Positions 49,328-63,319 are shown, counted from the stretch's first letter. The stretch: DNA of 64,000 bases from Chiloscyllium plagiosum (GCF_004010195.1 NC_057719.1:61023365-61087364), one strand, 5' to 3'. Translations and numbers: made by a program. The notes: generated by a model from the sequence alone, not told the origin.

Positions 49328-52300
49328 CCCCTTCCAATTTAGGTGCAATCCATCCTTCTTGTACAGGTCACTTCCCAAAAGAGATTCCAATGATCCAAAA
49401 ATGTGAATCCTTCTCCCATATACGAGCTCCTCAGCCATGCATTCATCTGCTCTATCCTCCTATTCCTGCCCTCACTAACTCATAGCACCTGCAATAATCC
49501 AGATATTACTACCCTTGAGGACCTCCTTTTTAAATTTCTGCCTAGCTCTCTGTATTCTCCCTTCAGAATCTCAACCTTTTCCCTTCCAATGTCGTTGGTT
49601 CTAATGTGGACAATGACCTCCTGCTGGCCCCTCTCCCCCATGAGAACATTCTGCACCCTCTCTGAGACATCCTTGATCCTGGCACCAGGGAAACAACACA
49701 CCATTCTGCTTTTTCTCTGCTGGCCACAGAAACGTATGTCTATACCTCTGACTACAGAATCCCCGAACACAATTGATCTCTTTGAAGCTGACGTACCGCT
49801 CGTTGCATTTGAGCCAGTCTCAATACCAGAAACTTGGCTGTTTGTGCTACGTTCTCCTGAGAATCCATTATCCCTCTACATTTTCCAAAACAGCATACCT
49901 GTTTGAAATGTTTATATCCACAAAAGACTCCTGCACTAGCTACCTACCTCTCTTACCCTTCCTGGAGTTAACCCATCTACGTGACTGTATCAGAGACTTT
50001 CCCCCCTTCCTATAACTGCCGTTCATCACATACTGTTGCTGTTGCAAATTCCTCATCGCTTCTATCTGTCTCTCCAACCGATCCACTCGATCTGGTAAGA
50101 TTCGCATCCAACAGCATTTATGGCAGATATAATCCGCAGTAACCCTTAAACTCTCGTTAAACTCCCACATCTGACAAGAAGGTTGATTGCAAACTGTAAA
50201 GATATCAGCTTATTTTATTCAGAGAAAAATATATTAAAGCAACCCAAGATTTAGGTTATTAACATTCTAAGCAGCTGAAGTGATGGCATTGTAAGTTGGC
50301 GATTTATTGTGATTGAAAGTTTAGAATAATAGCCTTCATTCTTTCTGTCTTTCAAGTTCTATCCCAAAATGTAACAAAATAATTTCTGAAAGACTTATTT
50401 CATCATGCTACTACATTTTGAAACAAGTTGACTTCCTTAAATAAACAACACTTAAAAATCTCATCACTCTACTCAATATCAATTGCCACAGATTTGAAAT
50501 ATCAATAGGCAGAAATTTACAATGGGAAGAATGGCTTACATCGCTATAACCCAATACCCCTGAAAGCAAAGCTAGCAGCTGACAGGCCCCAAAGAAACCT
50601 GCCCTTCGACCATAACATATTGCTGGCAGGCTTGTGCGATGAAGTCCTACCCTTTAGAGCTGAATATATAATAATACTTCTAACATACAGTACATTAATA
50701 TGTTTAATTCAAACTTGGCAGTTTACTATCTGTCATCATGAACTGATGTATTCTCCATGGCAATAACTCATCATCAGAGTCCACTTTCCAACCAATTGGC
50801 ACTCTCATCTTTTTACTTTCACTTTACATTGGTATTTCTTGTGAATTGTTCTCATAAATGTAACATGAAAGACTTTGACCTGTCTTTCTTCAGCAATACT
50901 CAAGCTATGCACAGTAATACCAAACAACTTGTATTCATACAAAGGACCCTGTCTTTTGTTGACAGAAAGAATATAGACACACACAGGTGACAGTCCTTCA
51001 CTTTCTCATTTCTCAGGGCATTATAATGACCAATCAGAGTCAACCTATCCAATTTAAACAAAACTTTACAGTTATCTGTTAGTAATCAATAACTGGTGCA
51101 TCCTTCATGGTAACCTCTACCAATCAGACTCTCAGACTCTACTTGACAATCAATTAGCATCATGCTTGCATTCAACGTTAATGTTGTTTTCTCTTTACTC
51201 TGTTATTCACATGTATGGACAATAACCCTAAGTTGAACTTTATTTTCTCTGTTACTCTGAAACCACACAGTACTACTTTGTACACTAGTCTACTTTTCTC
51301 TTCCATTATTAAGTGTACTTTAATGCTCCTCTTTGATATTATTTCTTCGTCCCCACATCCCTATCGATTTACTTTAAAGACTTCCAGCAGCAGCAGTAAA
51401 TAGCCTGACAAGGGACTCCTCACCAACTCTGAGTGGGTACATCCCATTAGGCCTGTATGGGACTCATCTCCCTCAAAAGTGGTCATGATCCATCATGAAT
51501 CTAAAGTCCTCCTTCCTGCACCATCTTTCCAGCCAGTTTCATACTAGCGCAATGTAGTATAGAATTACTACAGATTACTGCTCTTGAAATCCTATTTGCT
51601 AATTTCACACATAGCTCTCAACTTTAACCATATTACTTTTCCTATTTACATCACTGGTCCGATTGTGAACTGTGACTGTTAGCTGTTTGCACTATCCTTT
51701 TGGGATGCTCTACAGCTGATAATTGTATCCTCAACTCTCACTCCAGGGAGGCAACACACAATGCTGAAATCCCAAAAACACCTGTCAATTCTCCAATCAA
51801 ATCTTCTGTCACGTTTCCCTTTCAGTTTTCTTTATAACATACCTCCCACCCCCCACCCCCCCCCCAACAATCCCACCTAAAACCCTGAGCAGCTAAATCA
51901 GCTGTATTGCCATGGACTTAGTTCGAGCTGCATTCCTTAGAATTTAATACACTCCTTTTCCAGCACCACTTTAATCTTGACTCTGATCTCCAGCATCTGC
52001 AGACCTCACTTTCACCCTGTTTATATTATCAGCCCAAGTGATGACAAGGTCTTGTGTGTAGGAGTTGGGAGAAAGGAGATGGGTAAAGGTGCTCAAGCCC
52101 TAAAATTATTAAACATGTTTTGAGTCCTGAGGGCTGCAGAAACCTCAAGTGGAAAATGAAATGTTGTTCTTCTAGCTTGCATTGAGCTTCATTAGACCAT
52201 TGCAGCAAGCCTGACAGAAAAATGGTGGCAAGGGAACAGGCGATGTGTTGAAGTGACAGGCAACACAAAGACCACATTGTGAGCAGCGAATACAGTAGAT

Positions 52301-52437
52301 TGGGGTCATGGACATGGGGAATGTGTGAAGAGCCTAGACAGCAGAATATTTAAGAAAAAAATTATAATGATGTTCCATAGAACTGAAATCTGCCTTTTAT
52401 AAAGCCTGCTTTGGCACCTGGTAGCCCCAGCAGTCAG

Positions 52438-52515
52438 GTAAAAACAATGATTGCAGATGCTGGAAACCTCGGATGCTGCCAGAACTGCTGTGCTCTTCCA
52501 GCACCACTAATCCAG
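52438..52515. mobile_element. Short rearranged Penelope-terminus insertion
   Basis: Pieces of the 48393-48543 sequence in both orientations. 15-bp TSD AGCCCCAGCAGTCAG at 52423-52437 and 52516-52530. Confidence 0.8.
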
Positions 52516-55500
52516 AGCCCCAGCAGTCAGTTCCATCTTCAACCATGGGTGGCATGTCAGACTCCATCCTATACCACACCAACACTCCTGGATTGAAGAT
52601 GCTTCCATTTGGTGCACTTTTACCTTGGGCAAATGGAAACAATCTTTTGTCTGTGTCTGGACCATCTGTTCTCTAAAGGCAGCCACTGTTCAATTATTGT
52701 TTTGTTTGACAATATTTGATTCTACATGCCACCTTTTCCTAGCTGCCATCAATTCTGAAGAAGGTTTACTGAACCCAAAATGTTACTTCTGCTTTGTCTC
52801 CATATATACTCTCAGATCTGCTGAGTTTCTCCAGCAATTTCTGTTTCTGTTGTGTTGATACCAATTGATCAGAGACAGATGCTTTCTTACCACATTTGCA
52901 AAGTTGTTATGTAATTCCAGTCAATTTTAAAATGACTGAGTGATTACAGTTATTTTACACTGTTTTTAAAATAGCAGAAATTGGCTATTCTTGCTCATGT
53001 TCTTCTAACATCAAAAACTAGCTATTTAATGAATGAACCTCTCATTATTCATCAAAGCCTGTATACATGTCTTTACAAAGTCACTATGAGGCAAATAATA
53101 TTATAACTTATGCCTGCTGATTAGGGTTCAAATATCACTGGGATAAATTTCAGATGCATATTTATGCAGTGTTTTTTTATTCTACTAATTACTGTGTTCA
53201 GTTTGCTTTTATATTCAAAAGTTATGAGTTATAAACAACTACCTTTGTTAACTCTGAAACTATAAGAGATTGAAGCTTTCATTTGTGTTCATTGAAAGAT
53301 GTACTACATATTGCCTTTATTACCAGACATTTACTGATGTCACTATTGTTATTTGTTTCATCTGAACCACAATAACAGAGGCATCAGCATTTATACATCA
53401 GCTGTCATAAACTCAATTAATTTCTCAGTAAGATCAATAAGAATCTTGACCATGGGTTGACAAAATACATGGTTTGAAGAGACTGAAAGCAGTCATTTTA
53501 CAAAAAAATTGTTTTATGTTCCAACAGCAGAGTATAATAGAAAAGCACTTACTGGTATTATTTCAAATTTGTCAATATCAACTTGTTTCAAAAGCAGTTT
53601 TACTGAAATTTGTTTGATATTTTGAAGTTTTGATATGTTTTTCACTTCAAACATGGAAGACATTTGTTCAACTACCTTATAAGTGCTCCATTAGAAGTGG
53701 TTGCCAATTTTCACTTATGTTCGTAACTTCGATGTTCTATTTGAGCCTTGCATGACTTTCCGTTGTCATATTCACCTCATATTTACACTAAGATTTCTGT
53801 ATCCACCTCCATAGTATCATTTGATTTTGCCCCAGCCAACTCACCTGATGCTGAAATTCACATTACTGCTTTAAGTATGCCTAAACTTGACTTCTAACTT
53901 GACTTGGATTCTTGGCAGGTCTTCTACATGTTATTTCTCTGTAAAATTAACCTATTCATAGCTCACCATCTTAAATTACACTAAGTTCAGTTCCCATATT
54001 ATCCTTTTACTTTCTGACCTACATTACCTCTTGATCAAGTAATGGCTTGATTTTAGAATTTTAATCCCTGCTTAGAAATATTCCCATGGTCTTGACCCTC
54101 CTTGGAGAGAGAATCTGCACTAGCAGATCGAGGAGGAACTGATATGCCTGGGAAGGATAAATTGAGGACAATGAGCTGAGCCCTTGGAGAAAAAAAAATC
54201 AACAAAGTAACAAGGAATAGACATCTCTTGTGAAAGAATAAACTGCAGCCAAGGAATGGGGCCTATCATTTCTCTGGAGAGAGACTTTACAGCAGCAATA
54301 GTGTATCTGGAGTAAATAGGTTTAAAATGTAAAACAAAACCAAATAGTGACATCATGTGAAAGCTGTGAATTAATTGGCTGGAGGGTAATGCTGCCTTTG
54401 TGTCTCCAAAGCCAGGGGAATGAGTCGAAGCAGCTGGGATTCGTTCAACAAGAAAAGTTTCAACAACATGTCATTTTCCCACATCTTTTGGGCATTACAT
54501 TAAAGATCCAAACATCACTTATCGGAATTTCGATTAGTTTCTTAGGGCAGAATCTTAAAGCAGCACAAATCATGTGTACATTAATGAGATTTATGGTAGA
54601 ATCACATGAGAAGCCTGGCAAGGCCCATGTTGACATGAGAAACATCTCATTGCATCTTTGGCTGAGCAGAGAAGCAAGTTTCTTGTTAAGCAATGACAAG
54701 TTGGCTATTAAGAGAGATTATTGCTTGTTAAATGACTTAGTAATAGCACATCTCACCTCATTAACATTCAGCAACTCATTTTACCAAATGCACCAAACAA
54801 GTTAAACACTGAGAATTGGAAGTCAGAATGGGGTACCTAGTGATTTCAGCTTGGCAATTGTCCATGTCAGGCACCAACATCTCAGCGTATGCTTCATGGA
54901 CACTGGTCACACGTTACCTCCAAAGACAGTGGGATCCAACATGTTCCACCCTCGAAAAACACATGGCATAAATCTGATCCATTTCTAGTACAATTCCGCA
55001 CTTCAATATTGCGCCTCAGGCAATTATCTATTGTAATTCTGGACAGGCAACTTTCTATTGTAATTCTGCTGCAAGGACACTTTGTACTGATGGGCATGCA
55101 GCTCAGGACTGGACCAGGTTGCATCTCCAGACAATTCATTTAGTACTCACTCAGTCTGAGGCTCACAGCATCCCTACCTTGCATTGACTTGTCTTGTCTT
55201 TCTGCCCCTTCATCCAGAGAGTTTGAAGTTTATATTACTTATGTTTTGCCTTGCCATTTAGTGCAAACACAAAGCCAGGAAGCTTGCCACAATTGTTAGC
55301 AGGCCTCAGCCAATAGAGAGAGAGCCTTCACTTCGGGATCTCTGGGACAGTGAAGTCAAAGGCAGCATCCAGTGCCAGTCCAGGGTCTCCAAACATGATC
55401 AGTTAAGTGCTTGAGGGGGTCAAAGTAAGGATTTTCTAAAATGTGAGGGGCCGAATGTTGGGCAGCCTGCCACCTTTCTTGATTTTTCTATCCTATTATA

Positions 55501-58499
55501 GACTGTTTTCCTCCTTGAATGAGAGAAAGACAAGTATTAACAGGAGTTGAAATTGGGTGGTGCAACTGTTAGTTTTATTGCAGATGGAGAGATGTCCTGA
55601 ACAAGTGAGTAGGTAGTGCAAAGTGCATGAATCATTAGTTGAGTCAGGGTTGGTGGGGTTGGGGGGGTGTGGGGAGGTGGGATGAGAACTAGAGGGGAAG
55701 ATGTTAGAAGCAATAGTAATAGTGAGAGTGGTAATGCATGAATCTTGTTGGGAAATGGATGCAGAAGGAAGGACAGAATGAGCATGAGATATGAGAGAAG
55801 ATGGTGGTATTGACATTAGAGGAGTGGAGAAGGTCATTGATCATCCTCTATATTGCTGGGCATTCCACCAGAAAGGGAGAATGCATTAAGCATCCAGACT
55901 GGAAGCAGGCACTAGGTTTGCAATCATCTGGTGCTGTGGCCTCCACTTCTGGTCCTTTTGTGTGGTGGGACCTCCAAGACCCACCACACAAAGCTAGGCA
56001 CCAATTCCCCCTTAGGTGCCATGTCTGGAGTTAATGTCAGGAACCATGCAGTCCAGCTACAGATTGAAAGTGCTTGTCTGGATTTACAACAGTCTTTTCA
56101 AGATGGCTTGGAACAATGGACACCAATCTTTCAACGGACATATAACGAGTGACATATAATTATTCCAGTAATAGCGCATGTTGAGTTGGGGATAGAATCA
56201 GATGAGAGGGACACTATATTCGGACAATATGGAGTTATTGATGCAAGTTTGATGAAATACAGTGAGAAATCTTGCAAGTGTTCATTGGTAGAATCACTGT
56301 ATCAAACACAACACAACTTACATTGATCCGAAAAAAGCAAGATTCAGCTCTTAGAAATCAGATATTAGACAGCTGCTATTCACTCAATTCAATTTAGAGA
56401 TTTCTCCATTCTCCACCATCAGTAATAAAGCATTTTATGAATAAAAGTTACCCAAAGTAGCTTATTATCAGTGTGATACTCAATGGGTATTACTGGGGAA
56501 ATCCCTCTTAAGAGTTTTTTCCACTAGTTTTGCCAAGAAAAATGCCACATACTACATCAACATGGACGATGGTTTCTGCCACAAAGGTATTTTTTACTAC
56601 TTGTCTTTATAGTTTCTCAACGTAAAGGGTAAAATTTACATCCCTCTTCCAATATAAAAATTATTAACCCTCCTGTATTTGAGAACCCATCATAGATTAT
56701 TTGCATAGGAAGCATTTGTAAACTGTAAACCATAAATTTCACATTTTGAGTTCTGAGTTTTGAGGAAGGGCTGAAATGTTAAGTCTAATTTCTCTCTACT
56801 GATGCTGCAAGACCTGCTGAACAGTTTTAGAACAATTTCTAGTTTTGTCAATAAATTTCATGTTTATGGCATCTGTCAATATTGGAAATTTCAAAGCACA
56901 ATGCTGCATTTTTAATTTTTTAACAATTTGTTGGTCGTGAAAGTGTGTAAAGGACAGTACAGAGTTTTGATAACCACCAAGTGTGTACTGACAGTCAATA
57001 GCTGTGAATATATAATAATTCATTAATATTATAATCATGTACAAATTTTAATATGATTGGATAATATGGTCATGCCCACAATCTGGATATGATTGGATAA
57101 TATAGTAGTGTTTACTAACTTGGAATGTAAAGTATAATGAAAACTGTTGGATAGAGATAAGAATGTGTAAATGTGAAACCTTTCTATTAGAAAACTGTTA
57201 CTGTAAAAATGGTATAAAATCAGTGGTTTTTAGCAAATTGGAAAATTTGGGCACCATCTTTGATGGGTACAACTCCTATCCATGCATGAATAAGCGCTTA
57301 GACTAAGAAACCCAAGTCTTATCTAGTCTTTCAGAAATCAAAATTCCTTTCAGTTGCATGGTCAACAGGACTCCCCAGACCTCTGTGAAAGCAAGCAATC
57401 ATCCAGTGAGTATTCTTCTCTTTATACTCATCGGTTTTTGTGCCCACTGAAATGGACGTCCAATAGGATAGGCCTGAATTTTAGACCGAAGACTCTGGTT
57501 GATTTCAAAAGCAAGTGGAGTCAGGTACATTCGGACTGGGTTGGTGGACCTAGAGTGCAAAGTTGTGAAACAAAGGTCAGGTTGGGTGAACTCTCAGGGC
57601 AAAGGCTCGAAGTTGAGGCAGGGTCGAGTAGACTTGGGTTGGGTAGATTCAGACCATCAAGGTAATAGGTAAATTATTTATGGTCACTGTCCTCTGAGAA
57701 TGTGACTCACTTTGTCTTCCTCTGCCTCCAGTGCTATTGTCCTTTAGAGCACAAGGTTGTGCAATATGCAGCAACTGTGAAAATGATATGGAATCTTGCT
57801 GAGCATGAGTTGTGAAAAGCTTCCCAGTATTTATTGCAATTCACCCATGGGATCTGGATGTTGCTGGATTAATTAATTACCCAATCCTAGTTGCCCTAAG
57901 AATGTTGTGATGAGCTGTCTTCTTGAACCATTGATGTCGGCACACTCACGATGTATTCCCAACTATGGGGTGAATCACTTGGAGAGGAACTTGCAGTTGA
58001 ACGGTATTCCCATGTATCATGACTTTAATAAAGCTTTCCACCCATCTAGTTTTAAGAATTTAGCAGAGAGCATTGTGGAACAGAATTTTGTGTAGCGTAA
58101 AAGGTTATGGCATTTGCAGGGAGTTACTAACATTGTCAAAATTAACTGTTGACATTGCTTACTAAACAACACTGTCCTTGAACATGTTGGAACATGACAG
58201 AAATTAGAATTAATAATTGTCAGTTCTCTGCTGGTGTTAGTCTGCTGAAGCTGTAGCTGAATAAACAGAAAACCCCAGTGAAATAGCTGCAATGTCTTAT
58301 ACTCATGGTAAAGCCAACAAAAGGCATAAAATCGTCCATTTGTGAACAGAATGCTATAGCTGCAAGGAGAAAGGTGATCTGCCCAAGGCATGTCAGAACA
58401 AGATAAACAGATACACCGTTGACAGGAAAAAACAACAGTCACGGCATACAGCTGTTGGACAGTAGTTCAATGAGGGGTCGATTAAGATGCATATAATCT

Positions 58500-59665
58500 G
58501 ACATGTAAGGATGTCCAATGGAAATTCACAGGGTATTATAGTCCAAGTAACAGTGGATGGAGCATTAGTAGAAATTGGTGGTCAACAAGAGAACATCTGT
58601 CAAAGTGGCTCCTGAATGCTAGACCATCAAAACATTGAGTCAGCATCAAATGGAGAAATCATGCATAAAATGTAAATTATGCAGGAGAGAAAATTGCCAT
58701 AATGGGAAAAGTAATGGTCCCGGGCATCCACAAAGATGTACTAATGGGTCATAAACCAGCTTTGCTTGGAAGGAACTGGTTAAGAACTTTGAAACTGAAC
58801 TGGAACAAGCTTTTTCACATAGAAGCGAAACTCACAAAAAGACAAAGTAATCACCTAGCGCCCTAGGATGTTTAATGAAACTGGTAACCCGATTCAAGGG
58901 TATACAGCCGGCACATGGGTTCAGAGAAATGCCAGACCAGTTTACTGCAGAAACGTATACTGTGGAGCTTGTCTAGTATGTTATGGTGTAAAGGACAAAG
59001 TAGATTAAGAGCTGAAATGACTGGATAACTAACTTCGCAAATGTTGAACAAAGTAATTTTGCTACTCCCGACATAGAGTAGCAAGGGTAGATAAGTAGTG
59101 TAAGAATATATGGACATTATAAAGAAACTATAAATCAGGCACAGTCAGTTCTTCTCTAACATGATGGTTGTGTTCTTCTGTATTATAGAAAAGTCACGCT
59201 TTTGAAACAGCACTTAAAGTGTTGCTGCTGTAATTGCATTACAGCCAACACATTTTGTAAAACTTCGTGCTGGAGGAACAGCGTCTCCAATTCATCAATC
59301 GCATTACAGCAAAGTCATGTTGATGAAATGCATGCTATAACAGAATGAACTGTGCAAGATTATAACCAATACAATAATGTGCCAAACATTGAGGATCTGT
59401 TCACCACGTTGTCAGAAGGCCAAATTCTTTGCAAAATCAGAACAAGGAGGACCAATTTGCAACTTGAGTCAGATGATGAGTCCATGGAGGAAAAGTGAGG
59501 ACCACAGATGCTGGAGCGTCAAAGTCAAAAAGTGTGGTCTGGAAACACACAGGTCAGGCAGCATCCGAGCAGCAGGAGAGTTAATGTTTCAGGCATAAGC
59601 CCCAAAACTTTTTTAACTATAAATACATACATGGGTCTATTTCTGTTTAATAGGCAGCCATTCTG
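58500..59665 (+). mobile_element. Heavily decayed Gypsy PR-RT fragment with nested MITE and Penelope arm (~59487-59605)
   Basis: Manual translation: PALLGRNWLRTLKLNWNK, RIYGHYKETINQ, PNIEDLFTTLSEGQ, FLTINTYMGLFLFNRQPF. Confidence 0.7.
59142..59352. mobile_element. MITE with Tc1/pogo(Tigger)-like terminal inverted repeats
   Basis: CAGTCAGTTCTTCTCTAAC ... GCTATAACAGAATGAACTG imperfect TIRs. It splits two consecutive Gypsy RT motifs. TA TSD not preserved. Confidence 0.55.
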
Positions 59666-59669
59666 GTGC

Positions 59670-60108
59670 CAAGCAAGTAGAAAATATTCCATCACACTCC
59701 TGACATGTACCTTGCAGATGTTGGACAGGCATTGGGAGACAGGAAGTGAGTTACTTGTTACAGAATTCCTAGTGTCCGACTTGCTCTTTTAGCCTCAGTA
59801 TTTATATTGCTGCTCCAGTTCAGTTTCTGGTAAATAGTAATGCATAGGACGTTGATTGCAGGCAATTCAGCAATGGTCATGCCTTTGAACATCAATGGCA
59901 ATGAGTGGAATTCTTGCTGGAGATGGTTATTGCCTGCCATTGGTGTAGTGTGAATGTTACTTGTTTTTGATTAGCCCAAGCCTGGATGTTGTCTGTGTCT
60001 TGCTGCATTCAGGCATGGACTACTTTAGTATCTGAGGGATTGTGAATGGTGCTGAACATTTTGGACAATAACTAGCAAACCTCGCCATTCCAACTGTATG
60101 ATGGAGGG
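59670..60108 (-). mobile_element. Old L2/CR1-group LINE RT C-terminal fragment
   Basis: ORF 59758-59940 (INVLCITIYQKLNWSSNIN...ASRTLGIL). Confidence 0.6.
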
Positions 60109-60332
60109 TGAAATAAATCTTCAGAGACCGGTATCCCATCACCAAGTCACCCTTTATTTATGTCTGTATAGTATTTGACACTGATCCAGCTTTCTCAGAG
60201 GCAGTTCTCAGAGTGAACAGAACCTCTGACACTCTTATTTATCTGCCAGCCAAGGGTCCTTGATTGGACCAGATTAACAGCCCCAATCAGGGAACTTATA
60301 TTCTCTGAGGTGACCTTGTTGCATTCACTACT
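60109..60332 (-). repeat. 3' LTR (~220 bp) of a Gypsy element
   Basis: Minus strand ends ...AAATAAAGGGTGACTTGGTGATGGGATACCGGTCTCTGAAGATTTATTTCA and is immediately preceded by the polypurine tract AGAGGGGTAGGGA (60333-60345). Confidence 0.82.
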
Positions 60333-63230
60333 TCCCTACCCCTCTTAAGTCCAAAGACATAGGCCTGTTCTTTTTCTTGCAGCCTCTCCTGGGGGATTTT
60401 CACCGGACCGGGTTCCAACAAGACAACTCAATACGGGCGGCGTATACCAGGCTATAGCCTGCCTGTTGCACCCGGAGCATCTTGGAAGAAATTCTTCACA
60501 GATTCCAAGTTTCTTCGATGTTAGACAGAGAGGAGAACCCATGAATTTCGAGAGCTTTTCTGGCTGTACTGAAGGGCAGGGTATGTTTTGCTCCTGTCCC
60601 ATGAGTGAGTTTGCAGCTTTCATGTGGTCCACGTGTTTGTTCAGGACACCTACCTGGAATTTATACGTCACTGGATCTGACCTTGCTCGACCATGCCTCT
60701 TACCCACACAAGGCTATTTCCACGGTTTTGGCACTAAACTTCATCCACTAAAGTAAATGGTCTCTCTCGCTTCAAGGAGTCTCATGTCAGGCATTGACAT
60801 TCCTGAACCTGATGCAGTGTTCTCCCCATTAGCAACTCTGCCGGAGCTATCGCTGAGTTGCATAAGAGGTGGTCCGGTAATCATACAGGAACCAGGACTC
60901 TTTGGTACCAAGTGAAGTAGTAGGGTGTTTCTTTAAGCTTGCCTTCAAAGTTTGGACTGCTCTTACAGCCAGATTATTGGACAATGGATGGCATGGAGCC
61001 ATTCAAATATGCCAAATGCCATTCAACTTCAGGAAATATTCAAATTATGTCCTGCTGTCTGTGCCAACCCTTCTGGGAGATGGTGTATTGCAAAAGATGC
61101 TTTCAGCTTTTCTATCATTGTCCCTGTGTTTGAAGAATTAACTCCATGCATGTCCAACCACATTGAGCATCCACAATGACTAAGAACATTGAGCCCCTGA
61201 AAGGACCTGCATGGTCAACATGTAACCAAGTCCAGAGTTTACTTGGCCATTCCTATGAATGTAGGGGAGCTACTGGCAGTAAGTTTTGTCCTTATTGGCA
61301 CTCTGGGCACTGACCCACAAAATTTCTCTGTGTGTATTCAGTCCTGGCCACCAGACCTAACTTGTCACCAACATCTTCATTTTGGACACTCCTGGATGAC
61401 CATGATGGGGTTCAGCCAGTATCTTGTGGCAACCTTTGCTCGGGACAATGACTCTTGCTTCCTATAATAAAATGTCATCCACTACAGTGATATCCACCAG
61501 GTCCAAAAGGTTTTAATTCTGTTTGTGATCATCTTTTTGTTTCATCTATCACCACCAGCTATTTTAGTTTTTCCAGGATTGGATCATTTTGCATCCACAG
61601 TCTGATATTGTCAGCACCCCAATGGTCACATGACAGCACCAGGGATCAGTGTGCCAACACTTTAGATAAAGGGTGTCCAGAATGTTTAAAACCAGAACGG
61701 TCTCTTCCAGTGGCAGGTGGCTTAAGGCACCCCCATTTGCTACTTGGCCTCCCGGACAGTGTTTCAATTTGTTATTGTACACACCTAGAATGACAGCCCA
61801 CTACTGAATTTAATCTGAAATTATGGGTGGCACAGTCATGTCCTCTTTGAATAACCCCTAGCTTGGATTTGTAGTCTGTCACTATTACAAATTTACATGG
61901 GTAAAGGTATTGGTGGAACGTTTTCACACCAAACATGACTGCCAAACCATCCTTCTCTATTCTGGGTATATTTGCATACTATATCAGACAAAGTCCAGGA
62001 AGCATCCTCTGAGCCAAAACCACCCCAATACCGTACAGGGAGACATCACATGACAGCACCAGGGATCATAGTGTGCCAACACCTGAGATGATGATAGCTG
62101 CTTCTTTGCTACCCTAAAGGCTACATCTTGGCTATGAGACTCTTTCCAAGGCTGACTCTTTTTCAACAGCAAATGTGAGGGTGCCAGGATAGAATCCAGG
62201 GTATTTATGAACATTCTACATTAACTCTCCAATCCAAGGAAAGACCTAAACTCTGGTACAGATGTGAAAGCCAAGGCACCTTTAATCACCCTCACTTTAT
62301 CTTACAATGGGTATAATTCAGACCTTTCGACTTTGTAGGCAAAGTAAGTCATTTGGGCTGCCTGCAACACATACCTTTCCCTTCTTAGGTGAAGGGAAAG
62401 GTATGGAAAGATACCTAAGGACTATGTCCACGTTCTCTAAATGCTCTTTATTGGCCTTCCCTGTTATTAGCATGTCATCCAGACAAATGGCAACCTGGTG
62501 TAAACTTGGTAAAATGGTGTCTATTGTCTGCTGAAAAATGATATAGGCTCATGATACCCCAAATGGCATATTGGTACATTGGTAAAATCTTATGAGTAAT
62601 AATTGGAGCATATTTCTGGGAATCTGCATCTAACTGCAATTGCAGGTAAACATGGCTCAGGTCCAGCTGTGAAGGACAGTCCCCACCCACCCCACGCCAC
62701 CATTGCACAGAAGTCCTCTATGTGAGGGGTTGGATATTTATCCAGCTGCAAGACAATTTACTGTCTGTTTAAAATTCCCATAAAAGTGAAACAATCTATT
62801 GACCTTCACAATCAGTAGAACCGGTGCTGCCCATTCTGCAAACTGTTCTGGTTTGATTCCTTTATTTTCTAGCCTCCAGATTTCTGCCTCTATTTTTGCA
62901 CATTTTGGCACTGGGCAGGCTTTGCAGCATTGTGAAATTGCTTCCTGGTCAACATGCAATGTGACCTTGGCTCCTTTGACAGTCCCTTGGTCTTCCTGAA
63001 AAACCTCCAAATATTTAATTAGGGCTTCACTCAGGCAGCCATTTTCTCATCACAAAATATTGAGCCAATCAAGGTAAAACCAAATTTACCCCATCAGGTA
63101 TGCGCCTGAGCCTTTTACTACCATCCTGTTACTACAATCAGTGGTAACTGAACCAGCTGCTTCTCAAATGAGATTAGAACTGAAGTTATATCCTCAAACT
63201 GTAAAGGTTCTCCGGTATCGGCTCTCAGTC
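60333..63230 (-). mobile_element. Decayed Gypsy (Mag-like) pol region: RT-RH-IN
   Basis: EWAAPVLLIVK..GNFKQTVN, YLQLQLDADSQKY..I.THK, SSSQVLAHYDP and integrase remnants. 5' part and 5' LTR absent. Clade assignment is tentative. Confidence 0.82.
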
Positions 63231-63319
63231 TCGACCCAAGGAGGAGGTATATGAAATAGCGAGGAAAAAAAACTGAGAACTGAGGAATGGGAATTCAATA
63301 AAGCAGGGCAAAAGGATTG

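Larger units (their letters stand above)
46628..50180 (-). mobile_element. Near full-length CR1 LINE (ORF1 + ORF2) with deletions, frameshifts, one insertion and an assembly gap
   Basis: ORF1 DYICHKC and GDSVVRG...CCFPGA...IVHIRTND. ORF2 GLYYRPP, GDFNFPNIDW, PGPDQVYPR...GNYRPVSLTSVVGK, YVDFSKAFDKV, LEYCVQFW, RRLRGDL. (GAGTCATA)n tail at 46628. Confidence 0.95.

Noticed and set aside
46628..50180. Active autonomous LINE
   Set aside because: Multiple frameshifts, deletions, an inserted hairpin and a gap. No intact ORF2.
54347..54805. 152-aa ORF as a gene
   Set aside because: Non-ATG start, no recognisable domain and no supporting splice structure. Likely a chance ORF.
59142..59352. Conserved non-coding element
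   Set aside because: It has terminal inverted repeats and interrupts a Gypsy RT, so a MITE is more likely.
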